Made by a program: the position numbers and the translations under genes
NCBI GenBank assembly: GCA_964247135.1
Contig: CAXTTL010000163.1
Coordinates: 1 to 11,131 of the forward strand
Length of the DNA: 11,131 nt
Origin: an uncultured Deinococcales bacterium
GTDB lineage: Bacteria; Deinococcota; Deinococci; Deinococcales; JAAFIG01
Direction of reading: 5' to 3'
Shown here: in pieces, positions 1 through 8,301 of the stretch
How positions within the stretch are numbered: the first letter of the stretch is position 1
How the letters are laid out: each line of letters opens with the position of its first letter
The notes under the pieces: model-generated
What the model saw: only the letters and a program-made list of their open reading frames with translations
Told to the model about the DNA's origin: nothing
Database searches by the model: none

Positions 1-2873
1 TCGAGAATGTACGGGTAAGCGCCTTTCATTTCCCAAGCGATAAAGAACGGTGTCCAGTCAATAAAATCAATCAGCGTCTCGAGCGGTACGTTGCTCAATA
101 CGGTACGTCCAAGCTTTTTGGGGGTTGTTGGGGCGTACTCGAGCTTCGGCGCGTTTTTACGGGCATTCTGAAGCGTCAAAAGCCGCGTGGTTCTCTCCAA
201 TCGAGCTTCCCGAAGCGCGGTGTATTCGGCTCGAATTTGGTTGGCAAAAATTTCTTTCTCATTGCCTAACAATTTAGAAACTACGCCCACTGCTCGAGAC
301 GCATCGAGTACATGCACCACAGGACTCGAGTAGCCTGGTTCGACCTTGACGGCGGTGTGGGCTTTGCTGGTGGTCGCGCCACCAATCAACAATGGCAGTT
401 TCATGCCGCGACGTTCCATTTCCTTCGCCACAAATACCATTTCATCAAGACTTGGCGTTATCAAACCCGAAAGCCCAATGATGTCCACATTCTTTTCAAT
501 GGCTGTCTCGAGAATTCTTTCCGCGCTGACCATCACACCCAAGTCGATCACCTCGTAATTGTTGCAACCCAACACGACCCCGACGATGTTTTTGCCAATA
601 TCGTGAACGTCACCTTTGACGGTTGCCATCAAAATTCTGCCCGCGTGGGACTGCGAATTTCCACCCGCAAGTTTTGCCGCCTCGAGAAACGGCGTTAAGT
701 ACGCCACCGCTTTTTTCATGACTCGAGCACTTTTCACGACTTGCGGCAAGAACATTTTTCCTGCGCCAAACAAATCACCCACGATGTTCATGCCGCTCAT
801 CAGAGGACCTTCGATCACCTCGAGCGGTTGCGAAAATTGCGCTCGAGCCTCTTCAACATCCGCGTCAATAAATTCGGTGATGCCATGCACCAATGCGTGT
901 TCGAGGCGTTCGGTGACGCTCGAGTTTCGCCATGCAGCCTCTTCGGCTGGAGTCTTTTTGATGCCCTTGTAACGGTCAGCCAATGCCACCAAACGCTCTG
1001 TGGCATCCTCGCGGCGGTTCAAAATCACATCTTCAACATGCTCGAGCAACTCGGGTTCGATGTCGCTGTACACCGCCAACATTCCCGCATTGACGATGCC
1101 CATGTCCAGCCCAGCTTTAATGGCGTGGTACAAGAACACCGCGTGCATCGCTTCGCGGACGTGATTGTTGCCGCGAAACGAAAACGAAACATTGCTGATG
1201 CCACCCGAAACGAGCGCCCCAGGCAAATTCTGCTTGATCCAGCGTGTGCTTTCAATAAAATCTCGAGCGTAATCGTTATGCTCTTCGATGCCTGTGGCAA
1301 CCGTTAAAACGTTCGGGTCGAAAATAATATCTTGCGGATTCCAACCCAGTTCTTCAACCAGAATTTTATAAGCTCGAGAGCAAATCTCAATCCGACGCTC
1401 GAGCGAATCCGCTTGACCTGTTTCATCAAACGCCATGACCACCGCCGCCGCACCGTAACGCCGCACGGCTCGAGCCTGACGCCTGAATTCATCCTCACCA
1501 GCTTTGAGCGAAATCGAATTGACAATGGATTTCCCCTGCACGACCTTCAAACCAGCCTCGAGAACACTCCACTTGCTCGAGTCGATCATGAACGGCACTT
1601 TGGCAATTTCGGGTTCTGAACCTGCCAGATTCAAAAAATGCACCATCGCCGCTTCGGAATCGAGCATTCCCTCGTCCATGTTGACATCAACAACTTGCGC
1701 ACCGTTCTCGACTTGCTGCCGCGCTATTGCAATGCCAGCCTCGAAATCACCCGCTAAAATCGCCTTGCTAAATTTGGGCGAACCCGTGATGTTCGAGCGT
1801 TCACCCACGTTCACAAAATTCGTCTCGCTCGAGATTTTTAAAGGCTCGAGACCAGAAAAAGTTGGCAGCTCAGATCGTTTGACTGGCACTCGAGGTTTGA
1901 TATCTTTCACCGCCTCCGCAATCGCTTTGATGTGTACTGGCGTCGAACCACAGCAACCACCGACAATGTTCAGCAAGCCTTCCCTGGCGTACTCACCTAA
2001 GACTCGAGCCATAAATTCTGGCGTGTCATCGTACTCACCAAAGGCGTTCGGCAAACCCGCGTTCGGGTGGCAAGACACAAATTCTGGCGCGATGCTCGAG
2101 AGGGTACGCAAATACTCGCGGAACATTTCCGCACCAAGCGCACAATTTAAACCCACCGACAAGACGTTCGCATGAGCCGTGGAAACATAAAATGCTTCCG
2201 TCGTCTGCCCCGACAAGGTGCGCCCAGATTGATCCGTAATCGTGCCAGAAAGCATGATCGGCACTCGAGTCTCGAGTTTTTGGAAGACATTTTCAGCGGC
2301 GTACAATGCCGCCTTCGCGTTCAAGGTATCGAACACCGTTTCAATCAACAGTAAATCCACGCCACCCTCGAGCAACGCCGTGATTTCCTCCTCATAAGTC
2401 GCCACCAGATCATCAAACGTTACCGCCCGAAACGCCGCGTCCTCCACCTTCGGACTGATGCTCGCCGTGCGATTTGTCGGACCAATCGAACCCGCCACAA
2501 AACGCGGTTTGTCAGGCGCGAGAAGCGTAAATTCATCCGCCGCTTGCCGCGCCAGTTTTGCACCCTCGAGGTTGATTTGAAACGCGAAATCCTGCATTTC
2601 GTAATCCGCCTGCGCGATTCGCGTGGCGCTGAACGTGTTCGTGCTGATGATGTCCGCCCCCGCCGCCAGGTACTTTCGGGCAATCTCGAGCGGAATGTCA
2701 GGACGGGTGATGTTGAGCAGATCGTTGTTGCCAAACAGGTTAAATGGTGTTGGGAAACTGGGGTGACGGAAGTCTTTTTCGTGGAGGTTGTACGACTGGA
2801 TCATCGTACCCCACGCGCCATCCAGCACCAGGATTCGCTCGAGAAGAAGTTTTTCGATTTGAGATTTATTCAT
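1..2873 (-). CDS. metH: Cobalamin-dependent methionine synthase, 3' end outside window
   Basis: Missing from the ORF track because no stop lies in the window. Manual translation from ATG 2873 gives [26 protein letters not shown], Zn-ligand motifs GLNCALG (~2140) and GGCCG (~1950), the B12 motif [13 protein letters not shown] (~600), and [11 protein letters not shown] of the activation domain (~30-60). Confidence 0.98.
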   Translation of the reverse strand, partial: MNKSQIEKLLLERILVLDGAWGTMIQSYNLHEKDFRHPSFPTPFNLFGNNDLLNITRPDIPLEIARKYLAAGADIISTNTFSATRIAQADYEMQDFAFQINLEGAKLARQAADEFTLLAPDKPRFVAGSIGPTNRTASISPKVEDAAFRAVTFDDLVATYEEEITALLEGGVDLLLIETVFDTLNAKAALYAAENVFQKLETRVPIMLSGTITDQSGRTLSGQTTEAFYVSTAHANVLSVGLNCALGAEMFREYLRTLSSIAPEFVSCHPNAGLPNAFGEYDDTPEFMARVLGEYAREGLLNIVGGCCGSTPVHIKAIAEAVKDIKPRVPVKRSELPTFSGLEPLKISSETNFVNVGERSNITGSPKFSKAILAGDFEAGIAIARQQVENGAQVVDVNMDEGMLDSEAAMVHFLNLAGSEPEIAKVPFMIDSSKWSVLEAGLKVVQGKSIVNSISLKAGEDEFRRQARAVRRYGAAAVVMAFDETGQADSLERRIEICSRAYKILVEELGWNPQDIIFDPNVLTVATGIEEHNDYARDFIESTRWIKQNLPGALVSGGISNVSFSFRGNNHVREAMHAVFLYHAIKAGLDMGIVNAGMLAVYSDIEPELLEHVEDVILNRREDATERLVALADRYKGIKKTPAEEAAWRNSSVTERLEHALVHGITEFIDADVEEARAQFSQPLEVIEGPLMSGMNIVGDLFGAGKMFLPQVVKSARVMKKAVAYLTPFLEAAKLAGGNSQSHAGRILMATVKGDVHDIGKNIVGVVLGCNNYEVIDLGVMVSAERILETAIEKNVDIIGLSGLITPSLDEMVFVAKEMERRGMKLPLLIGGATTSKAHTAVKVEPGYSSPVVHVLDASRAVGVVSKLLGNEKEIFANQIRAEYTALREARLERTTRLLTLQNARKNAPKLEYAPTTPKKLGRTVLSNVPLETLIDFIDWTPFFIAWEMKGAYPYIL

Positions 2874-3340
2874 TTGATTCTGCCTTCTGCTAAATCTGTT
2901 TTGTATTTTGGCTCAAGCTCCAAGTGTATTTTCCCTTGTCCGATTTTTTCAGTAATGATCAACTTGAACAATTCGTAGTTTATAATGTCAGAATTTGAGA
3001 TAAGAATCGAAGTATTATCTTCTAAATGGAATTGAATTGTAAAACTTTTCGATGATTCTGAGACATCAACAGACTTAACATTTGAATACTCTATTGTTTT
3101 TAGACTTTTTCCTGATTGGAATGTAAAATATTTATCATAAACGTATATTTTGGATAAAAAAACTTTATTGACAAAACTAAGCAAACTCCCAACTGCAAAT
3201 ACTACAGAAAGACCGATAAGTAAAGAATTATGTTGAATCAGCCCAAAGTACAATGCTCCTGTTGACCAAAATAGCAAGACAAATACGCCCCCAAGTGTTT
3301 TGTCAATTTTAGATTCAAAAAGACTCTTGTTTGCGCTCAT
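2870..3340 (-). CDS. Hypothetical membrane protein, 156 aa: two N-terminal TM helices plus possible bacterial PH-like domain
   Basis: Start at ATG 3340 ([11 protein letters not shown]), 4 nt after the Uma2 stop. Stop overlaps the metH start (ATGA). Two hydrophobic segments are followed by [10 protein letters not shown]...[10 protein letters not shown]. About 32% GC by hand count. The track start at 3436 overlaps Uma2 and is rejected. Confidence 0.75.
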   Translation of the reverse strand: MSANKSLFESKIDKTLGGVFVLLFWSTGALYFGLIQHNSLLIGLSVVFAVGSLLSFVNKVFLSKIYVYDKYFTFQSGKSLKTIEYSNVKSVDVSESSKSFTIQFHLEDNTSILISNSDIINYELFKLIITEKIGQGKIHLELEPKYKTDLAEGRIK

Positions 3341-3344
3341 ACAG

Positions 3345-3923
3345 TTACCACCACTCGAGCAGCACGTCAGGAAACTCGAGCGGCGCAACTTTCTCGCCAA
3401 CTTTGTAGGTGCGTTTGCTGGCGTATTCGGTGTCAAAAGGTTCGCGGTACACCTCGAGCAAATTCTTGTTCAGGTTTAAAATCCAAACTTCAGGAATGAT
3501 ATTTCGGGCGTAAGCCTCGAGTTTCACGCCAGAATCGCGTACCAGAGTTGTGTCCGAAACTTCAATCACAATCAAGGCATCTCGAGATTCCACATTGCGG
3601 TTGTCGTATTGTTCAGTTGGAAGTCGGAGCAATGCAATGTCTGGTTCGACAAAATCAGGTGGCGGGGAAAGTAAAATCATTGGAAGTTGCGCAGAGACAA
3701 TTGCAGCTTCGCCCAACATTTTCTCGAGCCTTTTTGAGAGCTTGCGTACTGCCTGTGCGTGAGGTGGTTTTTGCATGGCTTTGACCGTGATCTCCCCGTT
3801 TAAAAGTTCGACTCGAGTATCCCCAAATTGTCCCTCGTTACTCATCTTCTCGAATTGCTCGAGTGTGAACTTGTAAGGACCATCCACAATTGGCGTTGCG
3901 GGTTTTTCAGCGTAAGCAGTCAT
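3345..3923 (-). CDS. Uma2 (DUF820) family PD-(D/E)XK endonuclease-fold protein
   Basis: Typical Uma2 motifs: RVELLNGEI, PPH, EPDIALL, IEVSDTT..RD..KL..YAR..IPEVWILNL. Confidence 0.93.
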   Translation of the reverse strand: MTAYAEKPATPIVDGPYKFTLEQFEKMSNEGQFGDTRVELLNGEITVKAMQKPPHAQAVRKLSKRLEKMLGEAAIVSAQLPMILLSPPPDFVEPDIALLRLPTEQYDNRNVESRDALIVIEVSDTTLVRDSGVKLEAYARNIIPEVWILNLNKNLLEVYREPFDTEYASKRTYKVGEKVAPLEFPDVLLEWW

Positions 3924-3929
3924 AAGAAA

Positions 3930-3957
3930 AGTCTAGCCCTCCTTTGCAAACCGTCAA
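3930..3957 (-). promoter_or_regulatory. Putative internal promoter for uma2 (TTGACG-N16-TAGACT, 6 nt before ATG)
   Basis: Minus strand reads TTGACG gtttgcaaaggagggc TAGACT tttctt ATG. Confidence 0.5.
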
Positions 3958-4811
3958 GCTCGAGGCACACCAAGCACTTCTGAAACCACTTTAGGTCGTC
4001 CGAGCGGGTACAAATGCACTCCCGCCACGCCCAATTCCCGAAGCTCGAGGATGTTTCGCCGCGCCCATTCAATCCCTGCAATGCGCCCTCGAGCTTTCAA
4101 ATCATCCATGAGCGCATCTGGAATTTGCGTCCATTTGCCAACACGTTCTGCCATCTCGAGGCTGCGAACGGGCAGGATGCCGTACAAGACTGGAATTGGG
4201 GTTTTGCCACCAAAAGCGTTCTGGAATTTTTCAACGGTTTGCATGTCAAACACGGGTTGAGTTTGTGCAAAATGTGCGCCCGATTCAATTTTCTCGAGGA
4301 AACGGTTTTTTTCGCGCTCGAGGTCGTTGCTGCCTGGGTTGGCGGCAACGGCAATGTGTAAATCCGTTCCACCCTCGAGTTCGCGCCCTGTTAAGGCGTG
4401 ACCTGTGTTGAGGTTTTTGACGAGTTTCGCCAGCCCCACCGCATCAAGCTCGAACACGCCTTTGGCGGTTGGGTGGTCGCCGCGTTCGGGCGAGTCGCCG
4501 TTTAAGACCAGCACGTTTTTTAAGCCCAACGCATGTGCGCCCAAGAGTTCGGCTTGTAAACCCAGCACGTTTCGGTCACGGCACGTAAAATGTGCGATCA
4601 CCTCGAGATCAACTTGGGTTTGCACCAGATGCGCGGCAACCAGCGGTGTCATTCGTAAATTCGCTTGGGGACTGTCAGAAATGTTGACTGCATCCACCAA
4701 ATGCTTGACGGCTCGAGCTTCCGCCAGTGTCGCGCCTGGGTTGCTGCCGCGTGGTGGGTCGAGTTCGGCGGTGATGACGAATTGTTTGCCCAGTTTTTCT
4801 TTTAAAGTCAC
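3954..4811 (-). CDS. metF: Methylenetetrahydrofolate reductase (stand-alone, resembling the YitJ C-terminal domain)
   Basis: Motifs AELDPPRG, NISDSP, HFTCRDRN, GDSPERGDHP and FAQTQPVFD. Start placed at GTG 4811 behind AGGAAAGGGA because the track start at 4886 lies inside the riboswitch. Confidence 0.93.
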   Translation of the reverse strand: MTLKEKLGKQFVITAELDPPRGSNPGATLAEARAVKHLVDAVNISDSPQANLRMTPLVAAHLVQTQVDLEVIAHFTCRDRNVLGLQAELLGAHALGLKNVLVLNGDSPERGDHPTAKGVFELDAVGLAKLVKNLNTGHALTGRELEGGTDLHIAVAANPGSNDLEREKNRFLEKIESGAHFAQTQPVFDMQTVEKFQNAFGGKTPIPVLYGILPVRSLEMAERVGKWTQIPDALMDDLKARGRIAGIEWARRNILELRELGVAGVHLYPLGRPKVVSEVLGVPRA

Positions 4812-4843
4812 AAAAAATCCCTTTCCTAACGACATGGAAGGGA
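4812..4843 (-). terminator. Riboswitch terminator / SD-sequestering hairpin
   Basis: Minus strand: TCCCTTCC-atgtcgtta-GGAAAGGGA-TTTTTT, followed directly by the GTG start of metF. Confidence 0.75.
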
Positions 4844-4871
4844 GTCCCGAGAGACTTGGTTTGCACCCTTC

Positions 4872-4984
4872 CTTATCTTCCCGCAAATGATACTCGCGGC
4901 TGGATTTAGCACCTGGACATGACGGGGTAAGTCATCTGGTTGCTGCGGCTTCAAAGGGTCAGTCCCTCCACCGCTCTAGATAAG
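4872..4984 (-). ncRNA. SAM-I (S-box) riboswitch aptamer
   Basis: Minus strand: CTTATCtAGAGcGGTGGAGGGACTGACCCtttGAAGCCgcaGCAACC...GGTGCtAAaTCCagc...GAAGATAAG. P1 CTTATC/GATAAG pairs, and the element lies upstream of metF-metH. Confidence 0.97.
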
Positions 4985-5010
4985 CAACTCGAGAAACTCG
5001 AGCTTTAAGA

Positions 5011-5040
5011 AGTTTAAGATTATTTTATAAGCTCTGTCAA
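5011..5040 (-). promoter_or_regulatory. Sigma70-like promoter of the riboswitch/met operon
   Basis: TTGACA (5040-5035), 18-nt spacer, TAAACT (5016-5011). AT-rich tract upstream. Predicted start ~20 nt before P1. Confidence 0.65.
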
Positions 5041-5074
5041 ATATATTTATTGTGATTTGTAGTAAACTCAGCGC

Positions 5075-5305
5075 ATGACGCAACTTGTTGAGCAAGTTTT
5101 CTCCAAAGTTGAAACCTTACCAACAGCCGTGCAGAACGAATGGGCGGCTCGGGTTTTGGCTGAACTAGAAGATGAAACAACTTGGGATACATTGCTGGCT
5201 CGTCCAGAATCAAAATTGTTTCTTGAAGAATTGGTGTCTGAAGCTCGAGCGGAACGCCAAGTGGGTACACTTCGGGCGCTGAATCCTGATGAGATTGGTC
5301 AGTGA
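5075..5305 (+). CDS. Putative type II antitoxin
   Basis: 76 aa, acidic and helical (LP...QNEWAARVLAELEDE..WD). GTGA overlap with the downstream toxin. TAAACT lies 6 nt before the ATG. Confidence 0.8.
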   Translation: MTQLVEQVFSKVETLPTAVQNEWAARVLAELEDETTWDTLLARPESKLFLEELVSEARAERQVGTLRALNPDEIGQ

Positions 5306-5574
5306 ACTCAAAAACCACAAAACGATTTTGGAAATTACTTGAAGAATTGCCAAAAGAAGTTCAGTTGCAAGCTCGAGTTGCCTATCAGGTTTTTATTCAA
5401 AATCCGAATCATCCAAGTTTGCAGTTTAAAGCGTTGACAGATTTTTCTGAACCGCTTTACAGCGTGCGAATCGGTGCGCATTACCGCGCTTTGGGTTTAC
5501 TCGAGCATGACCAGATCACCTGGATTTGGATTGGAACGCATAGCCAATACAGCAAAGTTCTGGCTATGCGTTAA
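5302..5574 (+). CDS. RelE/ParE-superfamily toxin
   Basis: 90 aa with TTKRFWK..LP.EVQ, NPNHPSLQFK, YSVRIG.HYRALG and WIWIGTH..Y, a RelE/ParE-like pattern. Confidence 0.85.
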   Translation: MNSKTTKRFWKLLEELPKEVQLQARVAYQVFIQNPNHPSLQFKALTDFSEPLYSVRIGAHYRALGLLEHDQITWIWIGTHSQYSKVLAMR

Positions 5575-5585
5575 ACCTCGAGATT

Positions 5586-6512
5586 TTACGGTTGCAATTC
5601 GGTGGTGGTCTCGGTGGTCGAAGTGAACCCAAGTTTAACGGTCACTTTGACGCCAGCAAAAGTGGTCAAGTACGAAATCGTGCTGCTGCTGGTAGTTGTT
5701 CCGCTCGAGCGCTCGAGGCGACCATCGGGCAGGTAACTGTCTTCGCTGCTGGTTTTGGCGGGGTCAAAGTTGTAAGAAAAATCGGTTTTGCGTACTGTTT
5801 TGGCGTAAGAATAACTGCTCACAGTGGCGTTGGTGGTGAAATTGAACTGTTCTTTTGTGCCGCGTCCTTTAAACGTGCGACTCGAGTTCACCTTCACGCT
5901 CAAAGCCGATTTTTTCGCGTCGTAGCTGACGTTGCGGTTGTATTCGCTGCCCGAGCCGACCAGTCCAGCCTCGGTCAGGGGCAGCCCGTACAGTTGCTGA
6001 AATCGTGCCAGTTCGGCATTTTTAGCATTGATGCTTTGGTTCTTTAGGGCGTTTAATGCATCTGGAGTTAAGCCTTTGGTGTCGTAAGCAAAATCACTCA
6101 CGCTGACCTTGCCATCGGTTTGGTAGACGCGGTTAAACGACCATTTGGAGGTTTGCTTGCTGGGTTTTTGACCATTGTTGACGGTGGCTGTTGTGCTTGT
6201 AATGCTGACGGCAACAGTGCTCGAGCCATCTTTCACGCCCACCACTTTTTCGGTGATGACATTTCGGGTGGCGCTGACACTTGTTCCAAGCCCTTTTTTC
6301 AGGCTTTGCTCGAGTTTGGCAGGCACTTTCTTGCCCGCTTCGGCAACCAGTACAGGCTCGAGTGGTACTGTTTTGGTCGAGATTTTTTGCACGTAAGTCC
6401 AAGTCGTGTTGACTGGCACGTTGAAGCTCAGGGTGGTTTGGGCAAAAGCTTGGCTCAAGCCCAATACTGCACTGCTTGCAACAAGGCTGGTGAATAAATA
6501 GGATTTCTTCAT
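5586..6512 (-). CDS. Secreted Thr/Ser-rich beta-rich hypothetical protein (paralog of 6575..7486)
   Basis: Sec signal MKKSYLFTSLVASSAVLGLSQAFA begins at ATG 6512, 7 nt after TAAACT. The alternative start at 6578 has an ATGA-like overlap but would bury the signal peptide. Confidence 0.8.
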   Translation of the reverse strand: MKKSYLFTSLVASSAVLGLSQAFAQTTLSFNVPVNTTWTYVQKISTKTVPLEPVLVAEAGKKVPAKLEQSLKKGLGTSVSATRNVITEKVVGVKDGSSTVAVSITSTTATVNNGQKPSKQTSKWSFNRVYQTDGKVSVSDFAYDTKGLTPDALNALKNQSINAKNAELARFQQLYGLPLTEAGLVGSGSEYNRNVSYDAKKSALSVKVNSSRTFKGRGTKEQFNFTTNATVSSYSYAKTVRKTDFSYNFDPAKTSSEDSYLPDGRLERSSGTTTSSSTISYLTTFAGVKVTVKLGFTSTTETTTELQP

Positions 6513-6574
6513 CCCATACAGTTTAAACCGCTTTTGGTTAGAAGTTGCTGCATTTGCTGAATCAACGATGAGCG

Positions 6575-7486
6575 TCATAAAACCAGATCGCTGCTGGTCT
6601 CGAGTTCAAGTGTGGCAGTGCCCGAAATCACAATTTTTTGGTCTAGCAATTTGAGGCTGGTTTTAAATTTGTACGTGCCATTTGATTGAGATTTGGAATG
6701 CTCGAGTCTGCCGTCTGCCAGATAGCGTTCGGTGGAAGTCGTGGTTGATGCTGGGAATTCGTATTCGGAGACCATATCAGGCAAGGCTTGAAACTCAAGT
6801 TTTGCCGTGTAGGCGTCGGTGTTGGTTTGAATTTGAAACTCGAGTTGCCCTTGAGTACCAATGGTGGTCAGGGTTCTTGTGAGGTTCACCTGGGTTTGGA
6901 TTTGACCAAAACCAGAATGCTCGAGTTTGTAATTGGACAACACGGGTTGATTGACTTCATAAGTCTGTCCGTAGCCCGATGGTTTGGGGCTTGACAAACT
7001 GGTTTTTAAATCCTGCTCGAGGCTGTCAATCATCGCATCGGTCAAACTTGATGGGAGGCTCGAGCGGTCATAGGTTAAGGCTTGAAGCTGGACTTGACCG
7101 TTTGCCAAATACGCGGTGGTCGTCAAGAATTTGAGTGTTTGGGTTGGAATGCTTATCGTTCCACTTTTGGTTTCAACCGTGGCGCTATTGACCGCATCGA
7201 CCATTCGAGTGCCGTCGGTTAAAATCTCACGCACGGTTTCAGTCACACTGGCGCTGGTGGTCGAATTGAAGTCTTTAAAACCAGCCGTCAGCGCATCTTG
7301 AAAGACTTTCTTGACTGGTGTTCCGTCTTCGTTGCTGACTGTCACATCATTAAAACTGGTTTGGTTGACACTGAGCGTCTTGTATTGGCTCACTGTGCCG
7401 ACTGGAACAGCATACGTGAGGGTTTGGGCGGCGAAAGCCAAGCTCGAGAAGCCAACAAAAAACGCGGTGGTCAAGGTTCGTTTCAT
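6575..7486 (-). CDS. Secreted Thr/Ser-rich beta-rich hypothetical protein
   Basis: 303 aa ORF with signal peptide MKRTLTTAFFVGFSSLAFA. TACAAT lies 5 nt before the ATG. Confidence 0.85.
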   Translation of the reverse strand: MKRTLTTAFFVGFSSLAFAAQTLTYAVPVGTVSQYKTLSVNQTSFNDVTVSNEDGTPVKKVFQDALTAGFKDFNSTTSASVTETVREILTDGTRMVDAVNSATVETKSGTISIPTQTLKFLTTTAYLANGQVQLQALTYDRSSLPSSLTDAMIDSLEQDLKTSLSSPKPSGYGQTYEVNQPVLSNYKLEHSGFGQIQTQVNLTRTLTTIGTQGQLEFQIQTNTDAYTAKLEFQALPDMVSEYEFPASTTTSTERYLADGRLEHSKSQSNGTYKFKTSLKLLDQKIVISGTATLELETSSDLVL

Positions 7487-7521
7487 GCTTGATTGTACAA
7501 CTCGAGATTGAAAATCATTTC

Positions 7522-8301
7522 TTAACTCATCACCGTTCCGCCATCGATGTTTAAACCCTGCCCCGTGATGGCGGCGGCTTGGCTGGAAGCCAAAAAAACC
7601 ACCAAGCTTGCAACCTCTTCGGGTGTCACCATCCGCGCCATCGGCACATCTTTAACCAAACTGGCAACGGCTTCTTCCCTCGAGCGACCCGTTTTTTGCA
7701 TGATGTTTTGCACGGTTTGCTCGACCATTTCGGTGCTGACCCAACCAGGGCAGACGGCGTTGACGGTCACGCCCGTTTTGGCGTAATCGAGCGCCACCGA
7801 ACGCGTTAAACCCAGCAGCGCGTGTTTGCTGGCATTGTAGGCGGCGCTGTAACGTAAGCCGTGTTTGGCGGCGATGCTGGCGATGTTAATCACCCGTCCC
7901 CATTTTTTTTGTGCCATGCCCTCGAGCGTCAGTTGCATCAATCGCATGGCGGCATCAACATTGATTCTTTGGATTTTTGTCCACAACTCGAGGCTGGTTT
8001 CCGTAAATTTCACGCCTTGGGTGATGCCCGCATTGTTCACCAGAATGTCCACGCCACCAAATTCTGATGCTCGAGTCCCCAATTCGTTTAAGCTGGCATC
8101 GTCAAGCACGTCGCAAGGCACAGCCAAGGCGTTCACGCCAAAATTTTGAAGCTCGAGTTTTAAGTGCTCGAGTTCGGTGGTGCTTCGGGCGCTGACGATC
8201 ACATTCGCGCCAGTGCGTGCCAGTTCGAGCGCGATGGCGCGTCCGATGCCTCGAGATGCGCCAGTGACCAAAGCGGTCTTGCCAGTTAAATCGATTTTCA
8301 C
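7522..8301 (-). CDS. Classical SDR oxidoreductase (FabG / 3-hydroxybutyrate dehydrogenase-like)
   Basis: Motifs TGASRGIG, NNAG, catalytic YNASK, VNAVCPG and IDGG. GTG start overlaps the upstream stop (GTGA). Confidence 0.95.
   Translation of the reverse strand: MKIDLTGKTALVTGASRGIGRAIALELARTGANVIVSARSTTELEHLKLELQNFGVNALAVPCDVLDDASLNELGTRASEFGGVDILVNNAGITQGVKFTETSLELWTKIQRINVDAAMRLMQLTLEGMAQKKWGRVINIASIAAKHGLRYSAAYNASKHALLGLTRSVALDYAKTGVTVNAVCPGWVSTEMVEQTVQNIMQKTGRSREEAVASLVKDVPMARMVTPEEVASLVVFLASSQAAAITGQGLNIDGGTVMS

Noticed and set aside
312-2978. Many plus-strand and off-frame ORFs in the track (e.g. 741..1307, 1504..2175)
   Set aside because: Shadow ORFs of metH, with no family motifs.
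3341-3436. N-terminal extension of the 188-aa ORF
   Set aside because: It overlaps the uma2 3' end in another frame; composition shifts at ATG 3340.
2870-3923. uma2 plus AT-rich ORF as a mobile element
   Set aside because: No transposase or integrase, terminal inverted repeats or target duplication seen; uma2 has host-like CTCGAG density.
3345-3923. Uma2 as the CTCGAG-recognising enzyme
   Set aside because: No sequence evidence for specificity and no adjacent methyltransferase; Uma2 genes are commonly multicopy.
4812-4886. 25-aa N-terminal extension of MetF
   Set aside because: It overlaps the riboswitch P1 and expression platform; GTG 4811 has a well-placed SD.
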